From: an uncultured bacterium
GTDB lineage: Bacteria; Zixibacteria; MSB-5A5; CAIYYT01
Length of the DNA stretch: 64,000 bases
Assembly: GCA_963726455.1 (NCBI GenBank)
Contig: CAVSCK010000004.1
Coordinates: 1,600,001 to 1,664,000, forward strand
Reading direction: 5' to 3'
Shown: piece by piece, positions 30,423-42,051 of the stretch
Layout: every line of letters starts with the position of its first letter
Numbering within the stretch: position 1 is the first letter of the stretch
Translations under genes and position numbers: made by a program
Notes under the pieces: model-generated
Seen by the model: only the letters and a program-made list of their open reading frames with translations
What the model was told of the DNA's origin: nothing
The model's database searches: none

Positions 30423-32263
30423 GACTTGGGCTTTTCGGCCTGAGCGCACAGAAAGCGCTCAACATGCTGCAATTTCCTGCGCACGCTCTCCATGTTCAGA
30501 CTGTCCGGATACTTCAGAAGTACTGATTCGTAAGTCGATTTCGCCTGAGTACAGTTGCGATCGAGATCGGCATAGACGTCGCCCTCACGTTCGATCGCCA
30601 ATGGTGTGTAGAAGCTCTCGGGATAACGCGCAACCAGCGAATCATACTGCGCCACCGCCGCCGCACCATTACCAAGTTCCTGATAGATATCGCCGGCCTC
30701 ATACCATGAGAGTTCGTTTAGCGAACCACCACCTTCAAGCTGCTCCAACTTCGCCAGACGCACCAGCGCAGAATCGTATTCGAAGCGAAACTCGGCATAG
30801 CGCGCTTCTGCGTAAATGCGCAAGGTGGCTTCATCCAGACCGGAAAATTCACTGATCAACATCATTCGACGCAAACAGTTGTTCACGTAGATGCTCTTCG
30901 GGAAGGTGTTCATCATCTTGCCATAGGCATCCCGCGCGTCAGCGAAGTTGCCGAGGAAGAACTTAAGTTCGGCCTGCTTGTAGAACAGTTCTTCCTGGTC
31001 TTTCTGTTGAAGCTGCTGCAAGGGAACCGAATTGTACAAGGAATCCGCGATCTGTGGCTTGCCCATGGAGAGATAACAATCGGCAGTGGCGATTCTGGAA
31101 ATGACGGCGGTTCCGGCAATCGGGTAATTGGTGGTGAGACGCTGGAACAAACCGAGAGCAGTCGAAGGATCGTGCAGACCCTTGAGCTGAGTGTAACCCA
31201 TTGCATAAAGGGCTTCGGAGACATCGCGATCGGACTGTGACTGTTTGGTGATTTGATCGTAGATGGCGATTGCGTCACCGAAGCGCCGGTCGTTAAAGTA
31301 GGAGTCGGCCAGAATAAAGCGCGAAGCGATACGGAAAGGAGAATCGGGATAGCGGGTGATCAGGTAATTGCAGGCCATTTCGACGGCCGCATGATCGCCG
31401 TTCTCACGAGCTACCGTCGCAAAATAGAGTATCTCTTTGCCCTTCTCGTTGCCCAGTGAATCGACGAGACGGAATCGCAGGAACGCGTCCTCGAGCTTGC
31501 CCTGCGCCATGAGCAGATCTCCGAAGTAGCGCTGGGCGTATTTGTTCTTGGCATTCTGCTTGATAATTTCGGCCAATGCTTCTTTGAGACCGGTGTCGAA
31601 TCCTTCGTCTGAATCGAGCTTGATCAGTTGATTCATTTTGCCGGTGACAAAGACTTCACTAGTTGTATCGCGGACGAGAAGGCCGAAATATTCGCGGGCA
31701 GCATCGCCGTAATTACGCATCACCTCGAAAAGCTGTCCCAGTTGCCTGGCAAACATCACCGGATCATCGAAGTTCTTGCGCGCATCCTGAAGGAGTTTCA
31801 CGGCATCCGGATAGTAGCCGTTGGCGGTGTAGATATTGGCTGCCTGCTCATAGGCCTGCGGATGGGCAGATTCGGGCGCCAACGCTCCCTGGATTTGACT
31901 CTGGGCGGCCTTGGCATCCCCTTTCTTGAAATACACATTTGCGATGTCGAGTTTGTGCGCGTAGCGCAAGCCAGGATCGGGGGTGATTTCGAGCAGGTGA
32001 TTAAGGATGATGAGCGCCGAATCAAGTTCCTTATCACAGATTAAGGCATTCTTGAAGTCGACGTTCACCTGAATGTTTTTCGGATAGCGCGCCGCCATGT
32101 CACGCAGAACGGTAACGGCGTCCTGGCAGCGGCCGGTGTTAATCATCGTCTCGATACCCTTTAGCTGCTGCAACTCCTGCAGGCTTTGGGCTAGAGCCGG
32201 GTACGATGCACCTAATAGCAGAACACCTGCCAACAAGATATAGAGAAGCTTAGTAACTGTCAT
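30419..32263 (-). CDS. Secreted tetratricopeptide repeat protein
   Basis: Signal peptide; multiple TPR-like helices ending YPDS/YPES/FPKS. Confidence 0.85.
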   Translation of the reverse strand: MTVTKLLYILLAGVLLLGASYPALAQSLQELQQLKGIETMINTGRCQDAVTVLRDMAARYPKNIQVNVDFKNALICDKELDSALIILNHLLEITPDPGLRYAHKLDIANVYFKKGDAKAAQSQIQGALAPESAHPQAYEQAANIYTANGYYPDAVKLLQDARKNFDDPVMFARQLGQLFEVMRNYGDAAREYFGLLVRDTTSEVFVTGKMNQLIKLDSDEGFDTGLKEALAEIIKQNAKNKYAQRYFGDLLMAQGKLEDAFLRFRLVDSLGNEKGKEILYFATVARENGDHAAVEMACNYLITRYPDSPFRIASRFILADSYFNDRRFGDAIAIYDQITKQSQSDRDVSEALYAMGYTQLKGLHDPSTALGLFQRLTTNYPIAGTAVISRIATADCYLSMGKPQIADSLYNSVPLQQLQQKDQEELFYKQAELKFFLGNFADARDAYGKMMNTFPKSIYVNNCLRRMMLISEFSGLDEATLRIYAEARYAEFRFEYDSALVRLAKLEQLEGGGSLNELSWYEAGDIYQELGNGAAAVAQYDSLVARYPESFYTPLAIEREGDVYADLDRNCTQAKSTYESVLLKYPDSLNMESVRRKLQHVERFLCAQAEKPKS

Positions 32264-35200
32264 TTCTCCGGCTGGTTGCTGTTAACGGCCTTGAAATATT
32301 CCTTAATCAGTTCTTCATACTCGGGAGGATAACCCTCGTTGAGGAATTTCTGCAGCCGGTCCTGATAACTGTCGAGTGTCGGCTTGTTCGCGGGCAACGG
32401 CGGAGGTGATTGACGGACAATGTCCTGTGCCGTTTCCGCTTTGCGTTCCTCGGAAAAATCCTGACGTTGCATTGAGCGCTGGAAATCGAGCATGCGCGAA
32501 TAAATCTGCTGTTGACGGCGCAGGGTGTTTTCGTTTACGGTGCCGCCTTCCATGTCCTCGACCACCTTCTTTACTTCTTTGCCCATTTCGTCCAGACGGC
32601 CCAGCAGCTCTTTACGAGTTCCCTGTTCGCGCTGCAGGTCGCCAAGTCCTTTGCGGATGGCATCCTGTTCGGCTGCGAGACGCCCCATGCCGTCCTTGTC
32701 GGGTTTGCCCTGTTTCGGACTCTGGCACATGTTGGAGGACTCCATGTTGATCTTCTTCTGGCTGTTGCACATCTGGTTCATCTTCTTGAACATATTTTCA
32801 TTGTTACAGGTACCGCCCGTGCATTGCTTTTGACTCTGCATTGACTGCATCAGTTGATTGGCGGCCTGGTTCAGACGAGAACATCGCATCCTTCTGGTAA
32901 CGCTGTGCATTGGTCGCATTGCGTTCCATCAACCCCTGCGAGGACTGCTCCATGGCGTCCTGCGCCTGCTGCATGAATTTGCCGATTGACTGCGAATAGA
33001 ACGGCGATTCCTTGGATATGTCTCTCAGCTTCAGGTCGAGTGTCTGCAGCGTTTTCTGCAACGCCTGTTGTTCGGCGGCGTACTGCTGCAACTGCTGCGA
33101 TGACGGGTCGGCCTGTTCGGTCTGATCGTAGACCTTCTCCTGCTGGTCGGACACATAGAGCGCGTCATTGGCGGCATCCTTCATCTTTTCCGCCGATTGC
33201 TGGCCCATACTGGAGCTGAACGCGTTTTTCTGGTTTTCCATTTCCTTCTGCATCGCTTTGAGATCATCCAGTGCCGCTTCTCCCTTTTGCTGGGACTGCT
33301 GCTTGTTCTGGGCAGTCATGCTCTGCGAGGCGGCAGCCATCTTTTCGCCGGCCTTGGAATTTTTCGGCGATTCGGTGAACTTCTGGGCGGCTTCGTTCTG
33401 GTCCAGCTTTTGCTCGGCCAGCATCTGCTCCAACTCCTTGGAGTCCCTCTGGAAATTGTCGAAGGCCTGCTTGTTCTGATCCTGTTTGGGAGAAAGCTGC
33501 GGCAACTGATTCTGGCTCGAATTCTCTGCCTGCTTGTTGATATTCTCCTGCTGCTTGATCATGTCGGCAAGCTGGCGCATCATGTTTTCCATCTTCTGCT
33601 GCAATTGAAGCATTTTGAGGAGCGCGATCGTGCGTTCGAGACGCTGTTTCAGCTCGTCCTGAGAGAGTTTCATTTGCTCGGCGGCCTTTTGCAGTTCCTC
33701 AGGCGACATCTTGTCCATCTGCTCCTGCAGTTTCTTCATCGCGTCTTTCATTTCGGGAGTGGCGACCTGATCGAACAGCTTGCGAATTTCTTCGAGCTTC
33801 TGCAGTATCTCCAGCGACGTCATGTCGTTCTTTTCCATCTTGTCCTGCATCTGCTGTAACCGATCGCCCGTCTGCTTCATAGCGTCGAGGATGTTCTGCT
33901 GCGCCTGGATGGATTTCTGGATGTCCTGTTTCTTCTCCCAGGTGAGATCCTTATTACTTTGCAGTTCTTCCTGAAGTTTTTCCGTCTTCTGCTGCAATTC
34001 CTCCTGCGCCGTTTTCAGTTTTTCCAAGTCGGTGATTTGCGAATCGCTTTCGGCATCGAGGAAGGATAACTGCTCGTTAAGGGACGGCAGGCGCGCAGTC
34101 AGGGTCTGAGACACTCCGCGTTTGGGACCGGAGATGGCGTCGTTGTCGAAGGCCTCGATATAGTATTCGACCCAGCCACCCGGCTCCAGGCCGATGTTCG
34201 ACATATCCCAGGGATAAGCCATTTCAAAACTGCGACCGGCTTTGCGGTCGAAAGGTATGGAAATCTTCTTCTCGAAAGTTTCGCCCGGCACGGTAAAGAT
34301 GCGATAGACAAGATTGACCGACGAAAAACCGAAATCGTCAAAAAGTTTGAAACCGAGTTTAAGTGACATGTCGTCGCCGAGCTCAACTGGCACACCGGGA
34401 GAATAAAGATCAACTTCGGGCGGAAGGTCGGCAATAGATTCGATGCGATATTCGATTGGGTCGGGGTTGTCATTGCCGATGTCGTCTCTTACGGCAATGT
34501 GGTACGTGCCATTATCCGCGACGGTCAGGCCGCCGGACAACTTCTGTTTGACGATATCGAGTTTGTCGGTTTTGCCATCACTCATAACCAGCGTGGCGAA
34601 CATTACCGGCTTATTAACTGACGCCTCGATCTTGACATGCGTGCCCTTGAGGGCGGAAATGTTGCCGTCATTTTCATCGACGACAAGCGGTTCGAGACCG
34701 GTGTAGTTTGGATACATGTACGTCAGTTTGACGCCGATGACGCGCGGTTTGTCAACAGCCGTAACGGTGTAAACGGGTGACTTGATTTCACCGGCTGTTA
34801 CCCAGTAGTCAAAAGATTTCTTAACTTCCCGAAACTCGTAGGCAAACTTGAGTGTGTCGGCAAGATTGAGATGGGCGCCGATTCCGCCCAAGTCGGCTTC
34901 TTTGGCCAACTCTTCGCTTTTAACCGGGCCGTCTTCATACTGCCAGTACAAAGTTGCCGCTGCCGGCAACGACTTTCCGCGCAGCAGTGCTTGGATCTTG
35001 ATATTGGTGAACTTGGCGACCTCCGCGTTTTTCGGCAGCACGTCGAGCGAGTAGCTCAGATTGCGCGGGATATCAACGGTCGGGTGACTGAAAAGATAGA
35101 CCGACTCATTGAAAGCGCCCGGCGCCAGAACGGCCGGAATCAGGATTAGCAGAACTGAAGTTGCAAAGTAGCGCAGCCCGCGACGAAGGGGCTTCTTGTC

Positions 35201-35641
35201 GACAGTCTTATTGAAGTCGATACCGCGACACATGGATTCGGATTGGCTGATGATGGCCTGAATCATTTCGGTGGAGAAACCTTCGCGGTTCTCTTGTAAG
35301 TTGCGTTCGAGTTGCAGTGATGCGATCAGGCGATCTTGCAGTTCGGGATTAGTCTTTTCAACCTGCAGCGCCACGGCCTCCGTGCTAGGGCGCGTGACAA
35401 ATTTCCAGATGATCGTGCGAGCCAAAAGAGCGACGATTACAATCGCCGCCAGAGACACGAAGATAATCCGAAACGTGGGAGTCAGGAAGAACGTGATGTT
35501 AAATAGAAAGCCGACGAACAGAAATATCGCCAGCGCTGAAAAGATCAGGGTCAATCCGAAACCGACGTGATTGAGCATCATAAAACTGCGCAGTTTGTTC
35601 AGTTTGTCGGTCAGATACTGCAATGATAATTTCGGATTCAT
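32260..35641 (-). CDS. DUF4175-like membrane protein with long Gln-rich coiled coil; frameshift near 32880
   Basis: N-terminal TMs, Ig-like region (YPNYTGL, EAFDNDAISGPK), QQ-rich helices; C-terminal YPPEYEELIKEYFK in a second frame. Confidence 0.75.
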
Positions 35642-35649
35642 GTTCGCCT

Positions 35650-36325
35650 CTAGTGTGTCAAAGCCCAAACCAGCACGTTAGTCCCCATCTGCAAGGCCGC
35701 CGTTCGTTTGTCGGGAGGATCGTTGTGTACCTGAGGATCTTCCCAGCCGTCGCCGATGTCTGATTCGAAAGTCAGCACGACCGCCAAACGATCGCCGACG
35801 AACCAGCCGAATAGTTGCGGCGGCTTGCCGTCATGCTTATGAATCTTCGGCAGGCCATTAGGAAACTTATAGTAGCAACTGAAAATGCCATGATTAAAAG
35901 GAATCTCGCGCGGTTCCTGATCGGGAAAGAGTTTCTTCATTTCGCGCATGAATGCTTTAATGAGGCCATAGGAATCATTGGCGAGAATAAAGCCGCCGGC
36001 GTTGAGATACTTGCGCAGGACATCAATGTCCTCGGCGCGGAAGTTGACATTGCCGTGGCCGGTCATGTAAAGAAATGGGTAGTTAAATAGATTGGGGTCG
36101 GAGAGATCAACTCTGACCTCGTCTTTGCCGACCGGGATGGTGGTGTTCTGGCGGACAAAGTCGATCAGGTTGGGAAGCGCCGAGGACTCCCAGTACCAGT
36201 CGCCTCCACCGGGATATTTGAGCCGCGCAATGGCCACATCGTCGCTAATCGCAGCGGCACAAACAGTTACGGCGACAAATAACGTTAGGACCAGAGGACA
36301 GCAGCAATACTCTTTGAATAGTCAT
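35650..36325 (-). CDS. DUF4159 domain protein; frameshift near 36295 in the signal peptide
   Basis: ARLKYPGGGDWY, YPFLYMTGHG, GLPKIHKHDGKPPQ, DIGDGWED; ATG 36325 with SD AAGGA. Confidence 0.85.
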
Positions 36326-36493
36326 TGTATTCCTTATACGTCGGAAAGCGCTATATGGTTCAACGACAAAGCCATTCAGGAGAGACCTTGACCAATTTAC
36401 CCCATTTATGGCAAATGTCAACGTTCAAACCAGAATGGCCGAGAGCTATTGGCGCCGCACCGAACGAAAACTGCCAAAAAAGAGAAAACCGGC

Positions 36494-36541
36494 TTGACAG
36501 GAGACAACTTACGTATTATAGTTGAACGATTGCTCAGGTGT
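36494..36541 (+). promoter_or_regulatory. Promoter and ArsR/SmtB-type operator
   Basis: TTGACA(36494)-17 nt-TATAGT(36517), overlapped by ATAGTTGAACGATTGCTCAGGTGT resembling the SmtB/CadC TGAA-N6-TTCA core. Confidence 0.7.
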
Positions 36542-36545
36542 TTAT

Positions 36546-36917
36546 ATGAATCATACAAGTGAAGATGTCTGCCAGGTTAAGTATGTAAATCAGGAGCTTG
36601 TGTCTCGGCTTCTTAAGTCGCAATGCAGTAACGAGATAACGTCGAGCTTGGCGGAGATATTCGGGGTCTTGTCGGATCCCAGCCGACTGAAAATATGTAT
36701 GTACCTGTCACAGGCAGAACTTTGTGTCTGTGATCTCGCAGCGATGCTGGGAATCACCGAGTCGGCGGTGTCGCATCAACTAAGATTGCTGAGGTCGTTG
36801 CGCCTCGTCAAGTATCGCCGGGAAGGCAAGATGGCGTTTTACACGCTCGATGACAGCCATGTGGCTTCTCTAATCAAACAGGGTCTTGACCACGCCGAGG
36901 AAAAGGGCCAGCGCTAA
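36546..36917 (+). CDS. ArsR/SmtB (CadC-like) metalloregulator
   Basis: LSDPSRLKI, ELCVCDLA, SAVSHQLRLLR, REGK..FY.LDD.HV. Confidence 0.93.
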   Translation: MNHTSEDVCQVKYVNQELVSRLLKSQCSNEITSSLAEIFGVLSDPSRLKICMYLSQAELCVCDLAAMLGITESAVSHQLRLLRSLRLVKYRREGKMAFYTLDDSHVASLIKQGLDHAEEKGQR

Positions 36918-38993
36918 GTGGCGAACACAAGAGTTGAAGCGACAACGACGCGCATTGACTGTCCCAATTGCGCGCGGACAGCCGAGGAAGATATCCGCAA
37001 GATTGCCGGCGTGGCCGGAGCGCGCATCGATTTTCTCAACGCGAAGATTTACTACTCCTTCGATCAGGACTCAGTTTCTGATTCCGAAATAAGACAGCGA
37101 ATCGAAGGGCTGGGGCATTTCAAATTTGTCGACGAAATGAAACCTTCAGAGAAGCGGCTGCCGTTTTCCGGCAAGCTCCTCACACTGATTGCTATTTCGC
37201 TCGGTTTGACGCTGACGGGTGTCGGTGTCGAACGTCTGGCGCATCTGGATACGATCGGTCACGCGATCATCTATCTGGCAATTATTGTGGGTGGCTGGGA
37301 CATTGCCGCCAAGGCATTCGTCGGGCTGCGCCATCGCCGAATCGATATGAATACGCTGATGTCGCTGGCGGTGATCGGCGCGGCGGTGATTGGCAAGCTT
37401 GATGAAGCGGTGGTGGTCGTGCTGTTGTTCGGCGCTGCGAATCTGTTGGAGTCATTCTCGCTGTGGAAGTTCTCCCGCAACCTTACCGATCTGCATGATT
37501 TCACCAGCGCCCAGGCACTGTTGCGACAGAGTGACAACATCCTGATGGTCGCGCCGGAATCGTTGCAGCCAAGGGACATCGTAATCGTGAGAGAGGGCAT
37601 GAAGATTCCTGCCGACGGAAAAGTTATCGCCGGACGCAGTTCGGTAGATTTGTCGTCGCTGACCGGCGAGTCGCTGCCCGAGGAGGTCGTAGAGGGCGAC
37701 AAAGTATATGCGGGAGCTATCAACGTTCAGGGCTATCTCGAAGTCGAGGTGACTGCAAATGTGACCGATTCGCGCATCGGCAAAATCCTGCGAATGGTGA
37801 GTGAAGTTTCCGAGCATAAGGCGCAGCTTGAACGGTTTGTAGACCGATTCGCGAGGATCTACACGCCAGCGGTGGTTGGCCTGGCGGCCGGAGTGGCACT
37901 GGTACCGCCGCTATTGCTTCACGGTTCGTTCTTCGTGTGGTTCTACCGGGCACTGGTGTTTCTTGTAATATCATGTCCTTGCGCGCTGGTTATCTCAACG
38001 CCGGTAGCTGTTACCGCGGCACTGGCGGCGGCATCGCGGTTGAAGGCGATTTTGAAAGGCGGGGACGCGATCGAGCGGCTGGCGCATGCGCGTGTCATTG
38101 CGTTCGACAAGACGGGAACTCTAACGACCGGGGCGTTGCATCTGGGACGAATTGAGTGTTATGACGGCTTGGGCGAAGGTGAGGCGGTACAGATTGCCGC
38201 TAGTCTCGAACAAATATCAAATCATCCGGTGGCAAAGGCGATTAGGCATGCGGCGGTAACAAGAGGAGTTCAGTTACTCGCGGTGGATGGCCTCAAGTCA
38301 GTATCGGGATTCGGAGTTGAAGGAACAGTCGCGGGACGCTATTATCGTTGTGGCGGAATTGAGTTTCTCGAGGACGCGCTCAGAGACGCGCAGCCGGAGA
38401 AGGAGAGTTCCTATCTGGTGTCGGATGGCAAGCTCCTGGCGAGGTTTCATTTCGAAGATGAACTCCGGCCGGAGGCAGCCGCAACAATAGAAAGACTCCG
38501 GGGCCAGGGGTTCGAAAAGATCGGAATTCTTTCCGGCGACCGACAGGAAATCATTGACGCCGTCGGTGAGAAGCTTCGGCTCGAATTCGCGCATGGCCAA
38601 TTGATGCCAGAACAGAAATTTGAACTACTTAAGGGACTCGGCGACAATGTCGCGATGGTCGGTGATGGGATCAACGACGCGGTGGCGCTATCGGGTTCGG
38701 ATGTGTCGATTGCCATTGGCCGATTCGGCAATGATATACCGGCTCAACATGCGGATGTAGTTTTGTTCGGCGGCAATATTGCGGGTCTGCCACAATTGTT
38801 TCTGCTGGGAAAGCGGACAGTCGCGTTGATCAAGACTAACATTATTTTCGCCTTTGGAGTAAAGATCGTCTTCCTCGGCTTGGCACTCGCGGGATATTCC
38901 ACGATTTGGATGGCAGTGGCCGCCGATATGGGCGCTTCTCTGGCGGTAATCCTCAACAGTCTGCGGTTGCTGCGGCACGAAGCCGTACAATAA
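36918..38993 (+). CDS. Heavy-metal (Zn/Cd/Pb) P1B-type ATPase, CadA/ZntA-like
   Basis: N-terminal DCPNC, LTGES, SCPCAL, DKTGTLT, SNHP, GDGINDA. Confidence 0.93.
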   Translation: MANTRVEATTTRIDCPNCARTAEEDIRKIAGVAGARIDFLNAKIYYSFDQDSVSDSEIRQRIEGLGHFKFVDEMKPSEKRLPFSGKLLTLIAISLGLTLTGVGVERLAHLDTIGHAIIYLAIIVGGWDIAAKAFVGLRHRRIDMNTLMSLAVIGAAVIGKLDEAVVVVLLFGAANLLESFSLWKFSRNLTDLHDFTSAQALLRQSDNILMVAPESLQPRDIVIVREGMKIPADGKVIAGRSSVDLSSLTGESLPEEVVEGDKVYAGAINVQGYLEVEVTANVTDSRIGKILRMVSEVSEHKAQLERFVDRFARIYTPAVVGLAAGVALVPPLLLHGSFFVWFYRALVFLVISCPCALVISTPVAVTAALAAASRLKAILKGGDAIERLAHARVIAFDKTGTLTTGALHLGRIECYDGLGEGEAVQIAASLEQISNHPVAKAIRHAAVTRGVQLLAVDGLKSVSGFGVEGTVAGRYYRCGGIEFLEDALRDAQPEKESSYLVSDGKLLARFHFEDELRPEAAATIERLRGQGFEKIGILSGDRQEIIDAVGEKLRLEFAHGQLMPEQKFELLKGLGDNVAMVGDGINDAVALSGSDVSIAIGRFGNDIPAQHADVVLFGGNIAGLPQLFLLGKRTVALIKTNIIFAFGVKIVFLGLALAGYSTIWMAVAADMGASLAVILNSLRLLRHEAVQ

Positions 38994-39028
38994 TCAAGTC
39001 AGATGCCTAGAGATTGGGCGACGCTGCG

Positions 39029-40357
39029 CTAACGGTGACGGCGGCTCTTCTTCGTGGTAAATTCCTGAGAGTCAGATGCTGCGGGGGCCACCAAGACGGA
39101 GTCTATTGCGGTTGCGCCACTGAGATTGGAGACTGCCGCATATACAGCTCGCGGTGACGGATGCGGCAAGACAACTGACCACCTGTTGCGACCTACTGCT
39201 GTCGGCCTCAGACGTTCGAACGAGAAGTCGCTCCCCACTGACACGACGTAGGGTATGGCCTGGAAGATCTCACCTTTCACATCCAGCTCAAGCACAGTGT
39301 CGCGCTGATTGAGCGCAATACGTGGGGGCGGCTGTTTGTCAACACCAAGGACGCGCCGGAATGCCTCAGTAGCACCAACAAAACGATACTTCATACCCAG
39401 TGAATCGCAGACATGGGTCATGTATCCGAGAATGATGTCGAACTCCTGTGCGGGGTTGCCATAGGAATGAGTTGCCCAGGCAAAGAGTTGATCATGGCCG
39501 GCGTTGACGCCTTCTTGCAGAAGACGAACGTCGTCGGGAGTGAATCCGACAACGCAGCGCGAGAGGTAGCGTTTCATGTTACCCGGGCGCTGATAGTCGG
39601 CGGTATCGGGGTGGAAAGGCCGCCAATCCAGAGGCGCGCGCGACCAATCGAATTGCTTGGAACGACTGTTGAGGTAGGTCGGCCACTCGAAGCTCTTGGG
39701 CGAGTAGCAACTGAGATCGTATGGGATGACATCTTCAATCCAACGGGAGAAATCGTTGTTTTCCCAGCACCAGCCACCGCGATAGCAAGTCGGGAAGAAA
39801 CCGAGATCGACGATCAGATGATTTAGCGAGTGCTCGCACAACTCGATATCCGATCCGTTCGGGTAACGGGAACCATTGAACGTAATCAGTTGATTCCAGC
39901 GGAACACCGTACCGGTATCCACAGTAGTGTAATCAGTGTTGTGATAATGCCAGTCGATCTCGTCCTGCCACTTTTTGATCGGGCTGCGAAAGGCTCCCAT
40001 CGCCTTGAATACTGTGTCGCAATCAAGCTGCCGGCAGATTTGCTCGCTGGTGATGAGAAACCAACTGATCCGCGGAGTTCCACCGTACGAGTCGTGATAG
40101 CGATTCCGCCATTCGGTTCTCATAATGGCTGCTATGTTGCCGGAATCCGAAGTGTCTGCCAGATAGGCGACGTTCAATTCTGGAGAGATGTCACCGCCGC
40201 TCTGGCGAGGTTCAGTGTCGACACCCAGTACGATGTAAACCGTGCCCGGATGTTTCGCCGATGATCCGGCATTCTTCGCATTCTGCGACACCGCCTCTGG
40301 CCCAGATACCAGGAGCGGCACGAGCATAAATAGAGGCAGACTCTTAAAGAGTTTCAT
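39029..40357 (-). CDS. Secreted hypothetical protein, possible NodB/polysaccharide-deacetylase-like barrel
   Basis: Signal peptide MKLFKSLPLFMLVPLLVSG; VDTE, EIDWHYH, YRGGW, YDLS, THSY in the order seen in CE4-like barrels. Confidence 0.55.
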   Translation of the reverse strand: MKLFKSLPLFMLVPLLVSGPEAVSQNAKNAGSSAKHPGTVYIVLGVDTEPRQSGGDISPELNVAYLADTSDSGNIAAIMRTEWRNRYHDSYGGTPRISWFLITSEQICRQLDCDTVFKAMGAFRSPIKKWQDEIDWHYHNTDYTTVDTGTVFRWNQLITFNGSRYPNGSDIELCEHSLNHLIVDLGFFPTCYRGGWCWENNDFSRWIEDVIPYDLSCYSPKSFEWPTYLNSRSKQFDWSRAPLDWRPFHPDTADYQRPGNMKRYLSRCVVGFTPDDVRLLQEGVNAGHDQLFAWATHSYGNPAQEFDIILGYMTHVCDSLGMKYRFVGATEAFRRVLGVDKQPPPRIALNQRDTVLELDVKGEIFQAIPYVVSVGSDFSFERLRPTAVGRNRWSVVLPHPSPRAVYAAVSNLSGATAIDSVLVAPAASDSQEFTTKKSRRHR

Positions 40358-40425
40358 AGCTCCCAATAATGTTCTTACGCGAACCGATGCCGAGTTCGAT
40401 GCCGAAGCTCGGCAGACCATTAGTT

Positions 40426-41148
40426 CTACGTTGACGATTCTCTTTTTGAGACCTCGGTCGACCGAGGATAGATCACAATTTCGGGAACTTGGACATGCAC
40501 CGGCGCGTCGGCGACTTCGCCGATCATTCGAGCTACGTCGGCAGTCTCTATTTGGGTCCCACGCTTTGGATCCTCGGCGGCAATATACTCTCCGGAGGAA
40601 TTCATGCCATGGGGGAATATCGAGGTCACCTTGATGCCGGCGGGTTTCAGTTCGAGGCGCAAGGAATCAGCCAGACCGCGGAGGCCGAATTTGGAGGCCG
40701 AGTAGCCGGCAGCATTTTTCAGGCCGACTTTGCCCCCCACGGAATTGATGAAGATTATCTGTCCGCGCGATTCCTTGAGCAGCCCGACCACAGCGCGTGA
40801 GATGAGATAGGCGCCCTTAAGATTGACGGCGATAATCTTGTCCCACGACTGCTCGTTGAACTCTTCGAGGGCTCCCATCAGGAAAATGCCGGCGTTGTTG
40901 ACTAACAGGTCAAGCCGCCCGAATTTCTCGCGACAAGTGGCCGCCAGACGATCGGCAGTGGGGCTTTGAGTGATGTCGCCGGAAAGATACTCGACGCGAG
41001 TTTCGCTGGTAAGCCGTTGACGGGCACGTTCAGGCATTTCCGGTTCGGTAGCGACCAGAAGCAGATCGTATCCGCGCGACTGCAGTTCCGCGGCCGTAGA
41101 CAGGCCCAGGCCACGGGTTCCGCCCGTTATTACGGCAACTCGACTCAT
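40426..41148 (-). CDS. Short-chain dehydrogenase/reductase
   Basis: ITGGTRGLG, LVNNAG, NSVGG, YSASK. Confidence 0.92.
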   Translation of the reverse strand: MSRVAVITGGTRGLGLSTAAELQSRGYDLLLVATEPEMPERARQRLTSETRVEYLSGDITQSPTADRLAATCREKFGRLDLLVNNAGIFLMGALEEFNEQSWDKIIAVNLKGAYLISRAVVGLLKESRGQIIFINSVGGKVGLKNAAGYSASKFGLRGLADSLRLELKPAGIKVTSIFPHGMNSSGEYIAAEDPKRGTQIETADVARMIGEVADAPVHVQVPEIVIYPRSTEVSKRESST

Positions 41149-41990
41149 GCTTCGTTATCGGCGACGTTTTCCAACTGCGCCGCCTTCTCAGTTTTGCTCT
41201 TTAATCGAGCGGCCTTAAGGTCGCGCTCGATGAAAGCATAGGCGTTGTGGTTATGGATTGATTCCAAGTTTTCGGATTCGATGGTAAACCAGTCAATGCG
41301 GAAGTCGCGGGTAAGTTTTTCAGTGATTCCGCGAACGATATCCTCGACGAAGACAGGGTTTTCGTAAGCGGTTTCCGTGACATACTTTTCATCCTCGCGC
41401 TTGAGCAACGAAAAGACTTCGCATGATCCTTCCTCTTCGATCGCCCGAATCAGCTCTTCCAACCAGATGAATTCGTTGTAACGCACAGTAAGCGTCACCA
41501 GTGAGCGCTGGTTGTGGGCGCCATATTTGGAGATTTCTTTCGAGCAGGGACAGACCGAAGTCACCGGCACGCGGACCGTGAGAACCAGATCGACTTTTTC
41601 GTTGCCGTTCAGTGCGGCGGATATCGTGCAGCTATAATCGATCAGTCCCGGAGCACCTGAGACCGGCGCTTTCTTCTCGATAAAGTATGGGAATGTCAAT
41701 TCGATATGGGCCTTTTGGGCCTTGAGTTTGGTGCGGGCTGATTCAAGGATTTCGCGGATACGGCAAATATCTATTGCCTGATCGCGATAATCGTTGAGGA
41801 TTTCGATGAACCGGCTCATGTGCGTGCCCTTGAACTGGTGAGGCAGGTCAACGTAGAAATTGACATCCGCGACCGTAGTCTGGGTCTCGTTCTTGCAGTC
41901 CTGCACGACAACCGGAAGTTTGAGATTCTTGATGCCAACCTTGTCCACCTTGATCTTACGGTGGTCGGGCATGCTTTGTATGTCTTTCAT
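41145..41990 (-). CDS. folE2: GTP cyclohydrolase IB
   Basis: DIQS, KVGI, KGTHMSRF, TSVCPCSKEIS.YGAHNQRS, LLKREDEK.VTE.AYENPVFVED, ESIHNHNAYA. Confidence 0.95.
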   Translation of the reverse strand: MKDIQSMPDHRKIKVDKVGIKNLKLPVVVQDCKNETQTTVADVNFYVDLPHQFKGTHMSRFIEILNDYRDQAIDICRIREILESARTKLKAQKAHIELTFPYFIEKKAPVSGAPGLIDYSCTISAALNGNEKVDLVLTVRVPVTSVCPCSKEISKYGAHNQRSLVTLTVRYNEFIWLEELIRAIEEEGSCEVFSLLKREDEKYVTETAYENPVFVEDIVRGITEKLTRDFRIDWFTIESENLESIHNHNAYAFIERDLKAARLKSKTEKAAQLENVADNEA

Positions 41991-42051
41991 AATATCAACT
42001 CCTGCGTGCCTATCCGAAGGTACCGAGGCACATCATCACAAGTGATCGCCC

